64,000 bases of DNA from a bacterium (lineage in GTDB: Bacteria > JAAXHH01), in NCBI GenBank assembly GCA_965202605.1, contig OZ241838.1, forward strand, positions 1,647,817-1,711,816. Direction: 5' to 3'. Below the pieces are notes generated by a model. It did not search any database. It was given only the letters and a program-made list of their open reading frames with translations, and was not told the DNA's origin. The position numbers and the translations under genes are program-made. This document shows positions 27,094 through 36,884 of the stretch, one piece after another; position 1 is the stretch's first letter, and each line of letters starts with the position of its first letter.

Positions 27094-27873
27094 ATGATCG
27101 ACCTGACAGGCAAGACAGCGCTGATCAGTGGTTCGTCCCGCGGCATCGGCAAGGGCATCGCCCTCGAAATGGCCCGCGCCGGGGCGGACGTCACCGTCAA
27201 CTACTTCCGCCACCGGGAAGACGCCGAGGGGGTTGCGGACGAAATCAGGGGCATGGGACGGCGGGCGACCGTCGTCGGCGCGGACGCGTCGGACCGTACC
27301 GCGGTGGACGAAATGGTGGATCAGACGGCGAAGGAACTCGGCGGTCCCGATATCGTCGTGGCCAACGCGTACTATTCCACGCGGGAGCCCTTTCTCGAGA
27401 TGGACGTGGACGAAATGCGGAAGACCTACGAAGTCAGCCTGTTCGGCGCCTTTCACGTCGCGCAGGCCGGCGCCCGGAAGATGGCGGCGGGGAGAAAGGG
27501 CGGCAGCATCCTGTTCATCAGTTCGGTCATGTCCTTCCTGCCTTTTCCCACGTCCCTCGCCTACTCTTCGGCCAAGGCCGGCATGAATCACATGGCCGCC
27601 ATCATCGCCCTCGAGCTGCTGGAACATCGCATCCGCGTGAACGTGATCGAACCCGGATGGACCGACACGCCGGGCGAACGCCAGTACTCGACGGAGCAGG
27701 AACTGGAGGAAGGCGGCAGGAGACTGCCCTGGGGACGACTGGGCACGATCGAAGACCTGGGCAGGGCCGCCACCTTCCTGTGTTCCGACGCGGCGGACTA
27801 CATCACCGGGGAAGTCCTGCGCGTCGACGGCGGGTTCTGGCTCAAGCGCGGCACGGCCTCCATCCAGGAGTGA
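27094..27873 (+). CDS. SDR-family oxidoreductase.
   Basis: TALISGSSRGIGKG Rossmann motif and the YSSAK catalytic motif. Confidence 0.85.
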   Translation: MIDLTGKTALISGSSRGIGKGIALEMARAGADVTVNYFRHREDAEGVADEIRGMGRRATVVGADASDRTAVDEMVDQTAKELGGPDIVVANAYYSTREPFLEMDVDEMRKTYEVSLFGAFHVAQAGARKMAAGRKGGSILFISSVMSFLPFPTSLAYSSAKAGMNHMAAIIALELLEHRIRVNVIEPGWTDTPGERQYSTEQELEEGGRRLPWGRLGTIEDLGRAATFLCSDAADYITGEVLRVDGGFWLKRGTASIQE

Positions 27874-27900
27874 TTCCCGGCGCCACAAGGCACGCCCAGG

Positions 27901-27960
27901 CATGACCAGACATGACCAGACGTGACCAGACGTGACCAAGCATGACCAAGCTGACCAAGC
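27901..27960. repeat. Six tandem decamers (catgaccaga variants) abutting the ATG of the large membrane protein gene.
   Basis: Units catgaccaga / catgaccaga / cgtgaccaga / cgtgaccaag / catgaccaag / ctgaccaagc, followed directly by ATG. Confidence 0.8.
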
Positions 27961-29892
27961 ATGGCCGCGAAACCCATCTCCCTTAAAACCTCCATCCTGG
28001 GCCTGGCCTTCGCCTGCTGCGTCGCCTTCTGGGGACAGTACGCCTCCGCACAGCTGAACTACAACTACCTGACGTTTCCCCAGATGCCGCTGTGCCTGCT
28101 CATTCCCTTCCTGGTCCTGGTGCTGCTCCCGAACGTGCTGGTCCGCTCCGTGTCGCAGGACGCCGCGCTGACGCGATCGGAACTCCTGGTCATCTTCGCC
28201 ATGGGATTGATCGCGGCCATGGTACCCGACTGGGGCATGGTCCGGTATCTCATCAGCGTGATCACCGCACCCCACTACTTCGCGAGCCCGGAAAACCAGT
28301 GGGAAGCCCACTTCTTCGCCTATCTGCCGGACTGGACGGTCATCCCCAACGACCAGGGGCAGGTTTCGGACTTCTATGCGGGGCTGCCTTCCGGCGCTCC
28401 GGTCCCCTGGCAGGACTGGGTCGTTCCCCTCTTCTGGTGGATGTCGGCCCTGGGTACTTTGCTTTTCATCGGCGCCTGCCTGGTCGTGATTTTCCGGAAA
28501 CAGTGGGTGGAACACGAGCGGCTCCGGTTTCCCATGGGCGAGGTGATCGTCCGCCTGCTCGAAACCGAAGGGAACGCCCCCGGACGGTGGCCGGCGCTCT
28601 TTAGCAACCGGCTGTTCCAGGTAGGGTTCCTGGCCAGCCTGTCCATCATGGCGTGGAACATCATCGGTTTCTGGGACGTGCTTCCCCACATCCCGCTGCC
28701 CGGCCCGGTATTCAACGTGGTCATCGATCCTTCCTTCCCGCCGATCGCCATCCGGCTCGTGCCCTATGTCCTGTGCTTCGCCTTCTTCGTCAACGTCGAG
28801 ATCCTGTTCAGCGTCTGGTTCTTCCAGGTGCTCGGCATCCTGGAGACCGGCCTCCTCAACCGCTTCGGCGTGATCTCGCCCGCCGAGACGATCGTACCCC
28901 GCGGACTGGTGTCCATCCAGTTCTGCGGCGGCCTGATCATGTTCGCCCTGATAGGGGGCTGGATGGCTCGGGATCACATCCGCAACGTCCTGCGAAAAAC
29001 GCTGGGAAGAAAGAGCGATCTGCGGGACGAAAACGAACTGTTCTCCTATCGGACTGCGGTCATCGGCCTGCTCCTGGGCGTGGTCTTCATGACCGCCTGG
29101 CTGAACGCCATCGGTTTCTCCATTCCGGTCGCCCTGCTTTTCCTGTTCTTCCTCCTGGTGTTCTATTTCGGAATCGCGCGCGTCCTCGCCGAAGCGGGCC
29201 TGATCAACCTCGACCTGCCGATCAACGCCCACGCCTTCACGGTAGGGATGGTGGGCTCGGCCAACCTGTCCGGGTCCACGCTCACCGGCCTCGGACTGAC
29301 CAACGCTTTCGCCCGGAACTGGCGGACCTTCACCATGGTCGGTCTCTCGCACGTCGCCTGGTGGCGGGACTATCTCGGTGAGAACCGGGGCAGGCTGTTC
29401 CTCCTGGTCTGCCTTGCTTTTGTCGCCGGGACGGCGATCTCGACGGGATACGTCGTCTATTCCGGTTACGCGGAAGGGGCGGACAACCTGCACATCAACC
29501 TGCGCAACACCGGGAACCTCTTCTTCGACCTGGTGGTCAAGTGGATGAAGAACGCCACGCAGGTCACCTCGCTTGAAGTCCTTTTTCTCGCGGCCGGCAT
29601 GGCGGTGAGCCTGGTGCTGGCGGTGGGCAGGTTCCTCTTCTACTGGTGGCCGCTCAATCCCATCGGTTTCGCCATTGGGGCTTCAGCCCCTATACGGGGC
29701 CTTGCGTTCACCCTGTTCGTCGCGTGGCTCGTACAGGTGATCCTCCTCCGCATCGGCGGCGTCGGACTCTACCGTAAAGCCCAGCCCCTGTTCCTGGGAA
29801 TACTGGTCGGATACGTGATCGGGGTCCTGGCGGCCTATATCGTCGACACCCTGTATTTCCCGGACACCCCGCACATCGCCGAGATTTTCTAA
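27961..29892 (+). CDS. Large polytopic membrane protein (643 aa), uncharacterized family; paralog of the convergent downstream gene.
   Basis: Many TM segments. It shares conserved blocks with the 29899..31857 gene (VPLFWWM, FRKQWVEHERLRFP, ELFSYRTAV). Confidence 0.7.
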   Translation: MAAKPISLKTSILGLAFACCVAFWGQYASAQLNYNYLTFPQMPLCLLIPFLVLVLLPNVLVRSVSQDAALTRSELLVIFAMGLIAAMVPDWGMVRYLISVITAPHYFASPENQWEAHFFAYLPDWTVIPNDQGQVSDFYAGLPSGAPVPWQDWVVPLFWWMSALGTLLFIGACLVVIFRKQWVEHERLRFPMGEVIVRLLETEGNAPGRWPALFSNRLFQVGFLASLSIMAWNIIGFWDVLPHIPLPGPVFNVVIDPSFPPIAIRLVPYVLCFAFFVNVEILFSVWFFQVLGILETGLLNRFGVISPAETIVPRGLVSIQFCGGLIMFALIGGWMARDHIRNVLRKTLGRKSDLRDENELFSYRTAVIGLLLGVVFMTAWLNAIGFSIPVALLFLFFLLVFYFGIARVLAEAGLINLDLPINAHAFTVGMVGSANLSGSTLTGLGLTNAFARNWRTFTMVGLSHVAWWRDYLGENRGRLFLLVCLAFVAGTAISTGYVVYSGYAEGADNLHINLRNTGNLFFDLVVKWMKNATQVTSLEVLFLAAGMAVSLVLAVGRFLFYWWPLNPIGFAIGASAPIRGLAFTLFVAWLVQVILLRIGGVGLYRKAQPLFLGILVGYVIGVLAAYIVDTLYFPDTPHIAEIF

Positions 29893-29898
29893 TCCGTC

Positions 29899-31857
29899 CT
29901 ACCAGTTGTGCACCTGATGGCCCTGGCCGGGGAACCAGATGACGTCGACGGCCAGGGAGAGCGTCACGCCCGCCGCGTACCCCAGCAGCACGCCGATCAC
30001 GGCCGGCTGCATCCTCCGGTACATGTCGAAACCGCCCAGCCTCAGCAGCAGGACCTTGATCAGCCAGATCATGAAGATCGACACGATTTCAATGTTGATG
30101 ATGTCCGCGTATGCCACGACGTAACCGATGGGATGGAAGGGCCAGCCGGGGAAATGGTATTGCATGAACAGGAGGCCGCAGGTAATGCCCGCGCCCAGGA
30201 TCAGGAAATAGATCTCCTCGTAGGACAGGGTGTAGGGGTTATTGAACCACGTGGCCAGCTGGTCGTAGAATCCACCGGCCCGCAGCGGCGCGAAATCATG
30301 GGCCCCCGTGCCGGTCGCCCCCGCGTAGATCGTATAGCCGTTCGTGACGATGAAGGTGAGCGCGAGCAGAACGCACACCGCGGCGAACAGGCCCTTCCTG
30401 GACCGGGCGAAGCCTTCGGAGGCCTTCACGCCGTGAATCAGCGACGACAGGCCGATGCCCCGATGGTTGTGGGAGATGGCGTGGGTGAGTCCCAGGGCGG
30501 TGAGGTTCGAAGGAGAAAGGTTGGTCGACCCGATGACCGACACCGTCATTTCGTTCGAATTGACCGGCAGGTCGAGAAAGACGAGCCCGGTCTCGGCGAC
30601 GATGCGGGTTACGCCGACGTAAAGGGCCAGGGTGATGAGGAGGAAGAGGGCGGCCACGTCGACCGACATGCCCATGCGGTTGAGCCAGAACAGCAGGTAG
30701 CACAGGCCGCCGGCCAGTCCCGCCACCGCCGTGCGGTAGGACAGCAACTCCATGGAATCGTCGAGCTCCGGCGACCTTCCCAGGGCCTTGCGCCAGACCG
30801 CCTTCAGGTGGTTTCTTCCGATCCACAGCCCCCACAGCACGAACACCCAGAACCCGCCGAAGTGCTGCGTCTTTACGATGACGTTGGATCCGCCCGCCAC
30901 CCCGGACGCCGAAACGCCCAACTGGTTGAGCAAGCCGATCTCCATCAATGCCAGGAGGTGAAAGAACCATATGCTGAACAGGACCTTCAGATCGGCGAAG
31001 TAGGCGAAGCACATCATGAAGAGATTGAACTGGACTTCGGTGGGAGGCACGGAAGGCGCCAGTTGGATCTGCGTCCGGAAAGGCGCGCCGATGGGTATGG
31101 CCGGCAGGACGCCGAAATAGGCGACGCTGTTCCACGCCAGCAGGGCGAAGGTGATCCCGAATCCCACCTGGAAGTACCGGTTCGCCATGAATCCCGGCAC
31201 CAGGCCTCCCCGGGTCGTCCCCGCGATCAGCATCGTGGGGATCTGGACCGCGGGGAAGGACAACCGCTCGTGCTCGACCCACTGTTTGCGGAAGATCACG
31301 GCGATGCAGGCCATGACCACGAACAGGGCCGCCAGCATGCACATCCACCAGAACAGGGGAATGATCCAGTCGACCCACAGGAATATGCTCTGGCCGGCGC
31401 CTTCGTAGAACCCGGTGGCCGCGCCCAGGTCGTCCCGGACCACCAGCCATCCCGGCAGGTGGGGGAAGAAGGTGTCCGCCCACCGGTTCTCCGGCGTGGC
31501 GTAGTAGAACGGGGATGCGAGTATTCCGATAAAGTAGTCCACGAAGGCCTTGCCCGGAATCGTGGAAGAGACGAGGCAGAAGACGAAGAGCACGGCCAGT
31601 TCGCTCGCGGACAGCGCCCGGCCGGGCCGCCACCTGCGCAGCGGGACCTGCACACAGAAGATCACCAGGAGAAAGGAAACGAGGGCCGCGATGGAGAGGT
31701 GGCTCAGGGTGAGCCTGGGCCCGTGCATCACGTAATTGGTATGAGGCGTCCATACCGCGATGAACACGGCCAGGACGGCCCCCAGGATGAGCACCCGGGG
31801 GGTCAGGCCGGTCGCGGCGCGGCGGGAGGGTGTTTCAAGGGTCGAATCGGTCGACAT
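29899..31857 (-). CDS. Large polytopic membrane protein (652 aa), paralog of the 27961..29892 gene.
   Basis: Shared blocks (IPLFWWM, FRKQWVEHERLSFP, ELLSYRTAVAG) and the same topology pattern. Confidence 0.7.
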   Translation of the reverse strand: MSTDSTLETPSRRAATGLTPRVLILGAVLAVFIAVWTPHTNYVMHGPRLTLSHLSIAALVSFLLVIFCVQVPLRRWRPGRALSASELAVLFVFCLVSSTIPGKAFVDYFIGILASPFYYATPENRWADTFFPHLPGWLVVRDDLGAATGFYEGAGQSIFLWVDWIIPLFWWMCMLAALFVVMACIAVIFRKQWVEHERLSFPAVQIPTMLIAGTTRGGLVPGFMANRYFQVGFGITFALLAWNSVAYFGVLPAIPIGAPFRTQIQLAPSVPPTEVQFNLFMMCFAYFADLKVLFSIWFFHLLALMEIGLLNQLGVSASGVAGGSNVIVKTQHFGGFWVFVLWGLWIGRNHLKAVWRKALGRSPELDDSMELLSYRTAVAGLAGGLCYLLFWLNRMGMSVDVAALFLLITLALYVGVTRIVAETGLVFLDLPVNSNEMTVSVIGSTNLSPSNLTALGLTHAISHNHRGIGLSSLIHGVKASEGFARSRKGLFAAVCVLLALTFIVTNGYTIYAGATGTGAHDFAPLRAGGFYDQLATWFNNPYTLSYEEIYFLILGAGITCGLLFMQYHFPGWPFHPIGYVVAYADIINIEIVSIFMIWLIKVLLLRLGGFDMYRRMQPAVIGVLLGYAAGVTLSLAVDVIWFPGQGHQVHNW

Positions 31858-32124
31858 TTACGAGTTGGATTCCCTATCGGTGCGTGTACCGGGCAGCCTT
31901 GCTCTTACGTGTTGCGTCTCGAAATCGGATTTCCAATATATCGCGGCACCACGGGTTTCGGCTATGGTTTTATCCCTTCCGAAACCTCGTGGATGCGACC
32001 GTCAGCCCTTCCGCGTGCGCGACTTTTTTCTATTGCCTTGCGGCCCTTGCCCGTCTATTTTGCGCTAATGTGTTTTGCCTGTGAAACGCAGCCGATTCAC
32101 TGTCTGGATTCAAGAGGATAACTC

Positions 32125-32928
32125 ATGTCGACAACCGGTGTTACGCTGAAGACGAGCGGTTTCGGTCAAACGCAACGAAAAGACGCATGGTGGGTGCAGC
32201 AAGTCATAACACTCGGCGTATTCTCCGCCTTTGTCGTCTATTCCACGTGGGCGGCCTTTCAGGGAGAGTTCTACGCCTGGGGCCCCTATCTTTCGCCTTT
32301 TTATTCTCCCGAGATTTTCGGCAGTACGTCCCATGCCCTGTTCGGTCCCAAACCCGAATGGTGGCCTGCCCTGCTCCCCTTCTCACCGGCCTTCCTGATC
32401 CTGTGGGCACCGGCCGGTTTCCGGATTACCTGCTACTACTACCGCGGCGCGTACTACAAGGCGTTCTGGGCCGATCCCCCGTCATGCAGCGTTTCCGAAC
32501 CGAGGAAGAAGTACCGGGGAGAACAGTCCTTCCCGCTGATACTGCAGAACGTGCACCGTTACTTCCTCTACCTGGTGTTCATCATCTGGATCTTCCTGTG
32601 CCAGGATGCCTGGAAGGCCATGTGGTTCACCGATGCGGCGACCGGTGAAACGACTTTCGGCATCGGTATCGGAACCCTCGTGTTGACTCTGAACGTCATC
32701 CTGCTGGGCGGCTACCAGTTCGGCTGCCATTCCCTGCGCCACCTGATCGGCGGGAACCTGGACCTGCTTTCGAAAGCGCCTGTGCGGCACGCGGGTTACA
32801 ACTGCGTTTCGTGCCTGAACAGAAAACACATGACATGGGCCTGGCTCAGCCTGGTCTGGGTCGGTTTCTCGGACATTTACGTGCGCCTCGTGGCCATGGG
32901 CGTTTGGACAGATTGGAGAATCCTTTGA
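32125..32928 (+). CDS. sdhC: Putative succinate dehydrogenase/fumarate reductase cytochrome b membrane anchor subunit.
   Basis: Membrane protein with His/Cys-rich helices, located immediately upstream of sdhA-sdhB; the call rests on operon context. Confidence 0.55.
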   Translation: MSTTGVTLKTSGFGQTQRKDAWWVQQVITLGVFSAFVVYSTWAAFQGEFYAWGPYLSPFYSPEIFGSTSHALFGPKPEWWPALLPFSPAFLILWAPAGFRITCYYYRGAYYKAFWADPPSCSVSEPRKKYRGEQSFPLILQNVHRYFLYLVFIIWIFLCQDAWKAMWFTDAATGETTFGIGIGTLVLTLNVILLGGYQFGCHSLRHLIGGNLDLLSKAPVRHAGYNCVSCLNRKHMTWAWLSLVWVGFSDIYVRLVAMGVWTDWRIL

Positions 32929-32950
32929 TGATCGATTGGAGCATCCTTTA

Positions 32951-34765
32951 ATGGCGGAATATCAGCAACACGAACATGATGTCCTCGTAATCGGCGCCGG
33001 CGGCGCCGGACTCCGGGCCGCGATCGAGGCCTCGGCGGCCGGGGTTTCGGTGGGACTCGTCTGCAAGTCCCTGCTGGGCAAGGCCCACACGGTCATGGCC
33101 GAAGGCGGCGTGGCCGCGGCGCTGGCCAACGTGGACGACAGGGACGGCTGGAGCGTTCATTTCGCCGACACGATGCGGGGCGGCCAGTACCTGAGCAACT
33201 GGCGCATGGCCGAATTGCACGCCAGGGAGGCGCCGGACCGCGTACGGGAGCTGGAAGCCTGGGGCGCGCTGTTCGACCGGACAACCGACGGCCGCATCCT
33301 GCAGCGCAACTTCGGCGGCCACAAGTATCCCCGTCTCGCCCACGTGGGCGACCGGACCGGCCTGGAGATGATCCGTACCCTGCAGGACTACGGGATCCAC
33401 CAGGGCATGGAAGTGTACATGGAACACGCCATCGTGGCCCTTTTGAAGGACGGCGACCGGGTCGTGGGCGCCTTCGGCTACGACCGGGAGCGCGGACGCT
33501 TCCGGGTGTTCCGCGCCAGGGCGGTCATCCTCGCCACGGGCGGCATCGGCCGGGCTTTCAAGATCACGAGCAACAGCTGGGAATATACGGGAGACGGGCA
33601 CGGGCTGGCCTACGACGCCGGGGCCGCGCTGCTGGACATGGAATTCGTCCAGTTCCACCCGACGGGCATGGTCTGGCCGCCGAGTGTGCGGGGCATCCTG
33701 GTCACGGAAGGCGTCCGCGGCGAGGGCGGCGTCCTGACGAACAGCGAAGGCAACCGGTTCATGTTCGACGACATCCCCGACCTCTACAAGAACTCGACTG
33801 CGGACAGCCCCGAAGAGGGCTGGATTTACACGCAAGGCGACAAGAACGCCCGGCGTCCGCCGGAACTGCTGACGCGCGACCACGTGGCGCGGTGCATCGT
33901 CCGGGAGATCCGGGAAGGCCGCGGATCGCCCCACGACGGCGTATACCTGGACATTGCGTGGATAAAGGAGAAGCTCTCCAACGCGGAAGAACATATCAAG
34001 CGCAAGCTGCCCAGCATGTACCACCAATTCAAGCAGCTGGCCGACATCGACATCACGAAGGAGGCCATGGAAGTGGGGCCCACCACCCATTACGTGATGG
34101 GCGGCGTGCTCGTGGACGCCGACACGCAGATGTCGACTGTACCCGGCCTCTTCGCAGCCGGAGAATGCGCCGCGGGACTGCACGGCGCCAACCGGCTGGG
34201 AGGCAACTCCCTCTCCGATCTGCTGGTCTTCGGACAGCGCGCCGGCCTGTATGCCGCCGAGTTCGCCCGCGAGAACGAGAACGGAACCATTGACGACGGC
34301 CAGGTCGAAGCGGCCGTCAGTGAGACGCTGGCGCCTTTCGACCGGGAAAACAGCGGCGAGAATCCCTTCGACATTCAGTACGAGCTGCAGGACCGGATGC
34401 AGGAGCTCGTCGGCATCGTGCGCAACGAAGGGGACATGAAGAAAGCGTTGGAAGTTATCGACGAACTGCGGCAACGGGCGGAGAAAGTCTCCGTCATCGG
34501 CAACCGGGAGTACAACCCCGGCTGGCACACCGCGCTGGATCTGAAGTTCCTGATGATCGTGTCGGAGGCGGTGGCCCGGGCCGCGCTGGAACGGAAAGAA
34601 AGCCGGGGCGCCCATTTCCGCGAGGACTTCGAGGACAAGGACGAGGCGTTCGGCAGCGTGAACATCACCCAGCACAAGAACGCCGACGGCGAAATGGTGA
34701 TCAATCGCGTTCCGGTCAAGCCGCTCCGAGAGGACCTGGCCGCGATCATCGAGGAGAACAGATAA
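32951..34765 (+). CDS. sdhA: Succinate dehydrogenase/fumarate reductase flavoprotein subunit.
   Basis: DVLVIGAGGAGLRAA FAD motif and full-length similarity. GGAG RBS before the ATG at 32951 (the track start at 32936 is an in-frame alternative). Confidence 0.9.
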   Translation: MAEYQQHEHDVLVIGAGGAGLRAAIEASAAGVSVGLVCKSLLGKAHTVMAEGGVAAALANVDDRDGWSVHFADTMRGGQYLSNWRMAELHAREAPDRVRELEAWGALFDRTTDGRILQRNFGGHKYPRLAHVGDRTGLEMIRTLQDYGIHQGMEVYMEHAIVALLKDGDRVVGAFGYDRERGRFRVFRARAVILATGGIGRAFKITSNSWEYTGDGHGLAYDAGAALLDMEFVQFHPTGMVWPPSVRGILVTEGVRGEGGVLTNSEGNRFMFDDIPDLYKNSTADSPEEGWIYTQGDKNARRPPELLTRDHVARCIVREIREGRGSPHDGVYLDIAWIKEKLSNAEEHIKRKLPSMYHQFKQLADIDITKEAMEVGPTTHYVMGGVLVDADTQMSTVPGLFAAGECAAGLHGANRLGGNSLSDLLVFGQRAGLYAAEFARENENGTIDDGQVEAAVSETLAPFDRENSGENPFDIQYELQDRMQELVGIVRNEGDMKKALEVIDELRQRAEKVSVIGNREYNPGWHTALDLKFLMIVSEAVARAALERKESRGAHFREDFEDKDEAFGSVNITQHKNADGEMVINRVPVKPLREDLAAIIEENR

Positions 34766-35526
34766 TGGCGACAGCCAACTTCCGCATCTGGCGGGGCGAC
34801 GGCGAAAGCGGTGGATTCGAGGACTATTCCACCGAAATCGACGAAGGCATGGTCGTGCTGGACGCGGTGCACCAGATACAGGCCGAGTCGGCCCCGGACC
34901 TGGCAGTCCGCTGGAACTGCAAGGCCGGCAAGTGCGGCTCATGCTCCGCCGAGGTCAACGGAAACCCGAAGCTGATGTGCATGACGCGGATGAGCGATCT
35001 GCCCGAGGACGAGACCATCACCATCGAACCGATGAAGGCCTTCAAGACCATCCGCGACCTCGTCACGGACGTATCTTGGAATTTCCGCGCCAAAATGAAG
35101 ATCAAGCCCTTCAAGCCCCGCAGGCCGGACGCCGAGGACGGTACCTGGCGCATGGACCAGGACGACATCGAGCGGGTGCAGGAATTCCGCAAGTGCATCG
35201 AGTGCTTTCTCTGCCAGGACGTCTGCCACGTGCTGCGTGAGCATGACCTGCACGAGGAGTTCATCGGCCCGCGCCTCATGGTGCACAACGCCGCCCTGGA
35301 GATGCATCCCCTCGACACCGAGGACCGGCTCGGCGACCTCAAGGACGACCAGGGCATCGGCTACTGCAACATCACCAAGTGCTGCACCAACGTCTGCCCC
35401 GAGGAAATCACCATCACGGACAACGCCATCATTCCCCTGAAGGAACGGGTCGTCGGCGAGTTTTACGATCCCCTCAACCGGCTGCTCCGCATCTTCAAGT
35501 CGAAGGACAGCACGGAAGCGGTGTGA
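34765..35526 (+). CDS. sdhB: Succinate dehydrogenase/fumarate reductase iron-sulfur subunit.
   Basis: 2Fe-2S (CKAGKCGSCS) and 4Fe-4S (CIECFLCQDVC, CTNVCP) cysteine clusters. TAATG overlap with sdhA. Confidence 0.9.
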   Translation: MATANFRIWRGDGESGGFEDYSTEIDEGMVVLDAVHQIQAESAPDLAVRWNCKAGKCGSCSAEVNGNPKLMCMTRMSDLPEDETITIEPMKAFKTIRDLVTDVSWNFRAKMKIKPFKPRRPDAEDGTWRMDQDDIERVQEFRKCIECFLCQDVCHVLREHDLHEEFIGPRLMVHNAALEMHPLDTEDRLGDLKDDQGIGYCNITKCCTNVCPEEITITDNAIIPLKERVVGEFYDPLNRLLRIFKSKDSTEAV

Positions 35527-35624
35527 GTGGGACTGGAAATCACGCAGACCAGACTACTGAAGCGCCCTCCTGGTCTTGCAACAACGTTTCCTGAAGCGAT
35601 CGCGCCATCCACCGCTGGTAAAGC

Positions 35625-35843
35625 CTATTCGGTGCCCGTCGTGTTAACGCGTTGCAAGGCCAGGCCTTCCAGAATACCCTCCAGTCTTGCCATCCGTTCT
35701 CTGAGGTCCGACTGTCCCTGCTCCAAGGATATAAGACGAACGGCTATGTCCCGCTTAGACGCCAGTATAAGACCACCCAGGGCAACGCCTACACCGGCCA
35801 GGGCAACGCCTACACTGATTATGCCTATCAATTCCACGCTCAT
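35625..35843 (-). CDS. Possible small membrane-anchored coiled-coil protein (72 aa) in a 550-bp intergenic gap; contains an 18-bp internal tandem duplication.
   Basis: N-terminal hydrophobic helix, then a charged helix. AGGGAA RBS-like sequence 8 nt upstream. The duplicated ccagggcaacgcctacac encodes VGVALAGVGVALGG. Confidence 0.3.
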   Translation of the reverse strand: MSVELIGIISVGVALAGVGVALGGLILASKRDIAVRLISLEQGQSDLRERMARLEGILEGLALQRVNTTGTE

Positions 35844-36079
35844 TACACGATTCCCTGGCGCAAAGACGTATTTAACATACAGAAGTAACTTTGACGGCTT
35901 TCATAGTGCGATTTTAAGTCCGCATCTGAACAGATTACTCCAATAGTCGATATCACTGCGAATTTCTCGAATGCTGGAATAGACTCGATGCGAGAATGGG
36001 GATTGAGCCCGTCTCACTTCGAACCTTTCGAAATGACCCCTATGCACTCTGTCTGCACCTGAGGCCTGTTTCAACCCAC

Positions 36080-36856
36080 CTAGGCCCACGCCCCCCGGGC
36101 CATCAAACCCCCGTCCACGTTCACGTATTCACCCGTGATGAATGAAGCCCGGTCGCTTGCAAGAAAGAGGACGGCGTTGGCGATGTCCTCCGGACTGCCC
36201 AGGCGGTTCACCGCGTGCCGCGAGGCCATGTCCGTCCGTATTTCGTCTTCGTCGCCGCCGATCGAATCGATCGCCTCCTGCAGCAGGGGCGTTTCGATCG
36301 TGCCGGGATTTACAGCCACTACGCGGATGTTGTCTTCGGCATAATCCAGGGCCAGTTGACGCACCAGTGACAGGTCGCCTCCCTTGCTCGCCGCGTAGGC
36401 GGAGATGCCCTTGGCCGACTGGAGTCCCTGGACGCTCGCCGTGTTGATGATCACCCCGCCCCCTCTTTCTTTCATGACGGGCACACAGTACTTCACCATC
36501 AGGAAGCGGCTCTTCAGGTTCACGTCGATGATCCGGTCCCACTGTTCTTCGGACATCTCGTGGGCGGGCAGATAGCTCGACGTCGGCTGTATACCCACGT
36601 TGTTGCACAGGATATCCACCCCACCCCAGGACTCCGCCGCGGTCTCCACCAGGGCTCGGCACACCTGGCTCGTGGTCACGTCGGCGTGGACGTAGCGGAT
36701 CTTGTCGCTTGCAGCGGCGATCGCCGAACCGGCCTCGTCGTCGATGTCGGCGCACAGGACTCGGGCCCCCGCGCCGGCGAAGGCGCGGACAATGCCCCCT
36801 CCGATGCCCTTTGCGCCCCCTGTTACGATGACCACTTTACCTTCGAACTCTGACAT
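36080..36856 (-). CDS. SDR-family oxidoreductase.
   Basis: VVIVTGGAKGIGGG and YAASK motifs. Confidence 0.85.
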   Translation of the reverse strand: MSEFEGKVVIVTGGAKGIGGGIVRAFAGAGARVLCADIDDEAGSAIAAASDKIRYVHADVTTSQVCRALVETAAESWGGVDILCNNVGIQPTSSYLPAHEMSEEQWDRIIDVNLKSRFLMVKYCVPVMKERGGGVIINTASVQGLQSAKGISAYAASKGGDLSLVRQLALDYAEDNIRVVAVNPGTIETPLLQEAIDSIGGDEDEIRTDMASRHAVNRLGSPEDIANAVLFLASDRASFITGEYVNVDGGLMARGAWA

Positions 36857-36884
36857 TTGATTCTCCCCTCATCATCGTCGTTAT

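Noticed and set aside
26977-29493. 838-aa minus-strand ORF
   Set aside because: It is antisense to the SDR gene and the large membrane protein; low-complexity Asp/Glu/Gly/Arg composition.
29908-32121. 737-aa plus-strand ORF
   Set aside because: It is antisense to the paralogous membrane protein gene; the composition is typical of a GC-rich antisense frame.
32948-34942. 664-aa minus-strand ORF
   Set aside because: It is antisense to sdhA/sdhB, which have clear FAD and Fe-S motifs.
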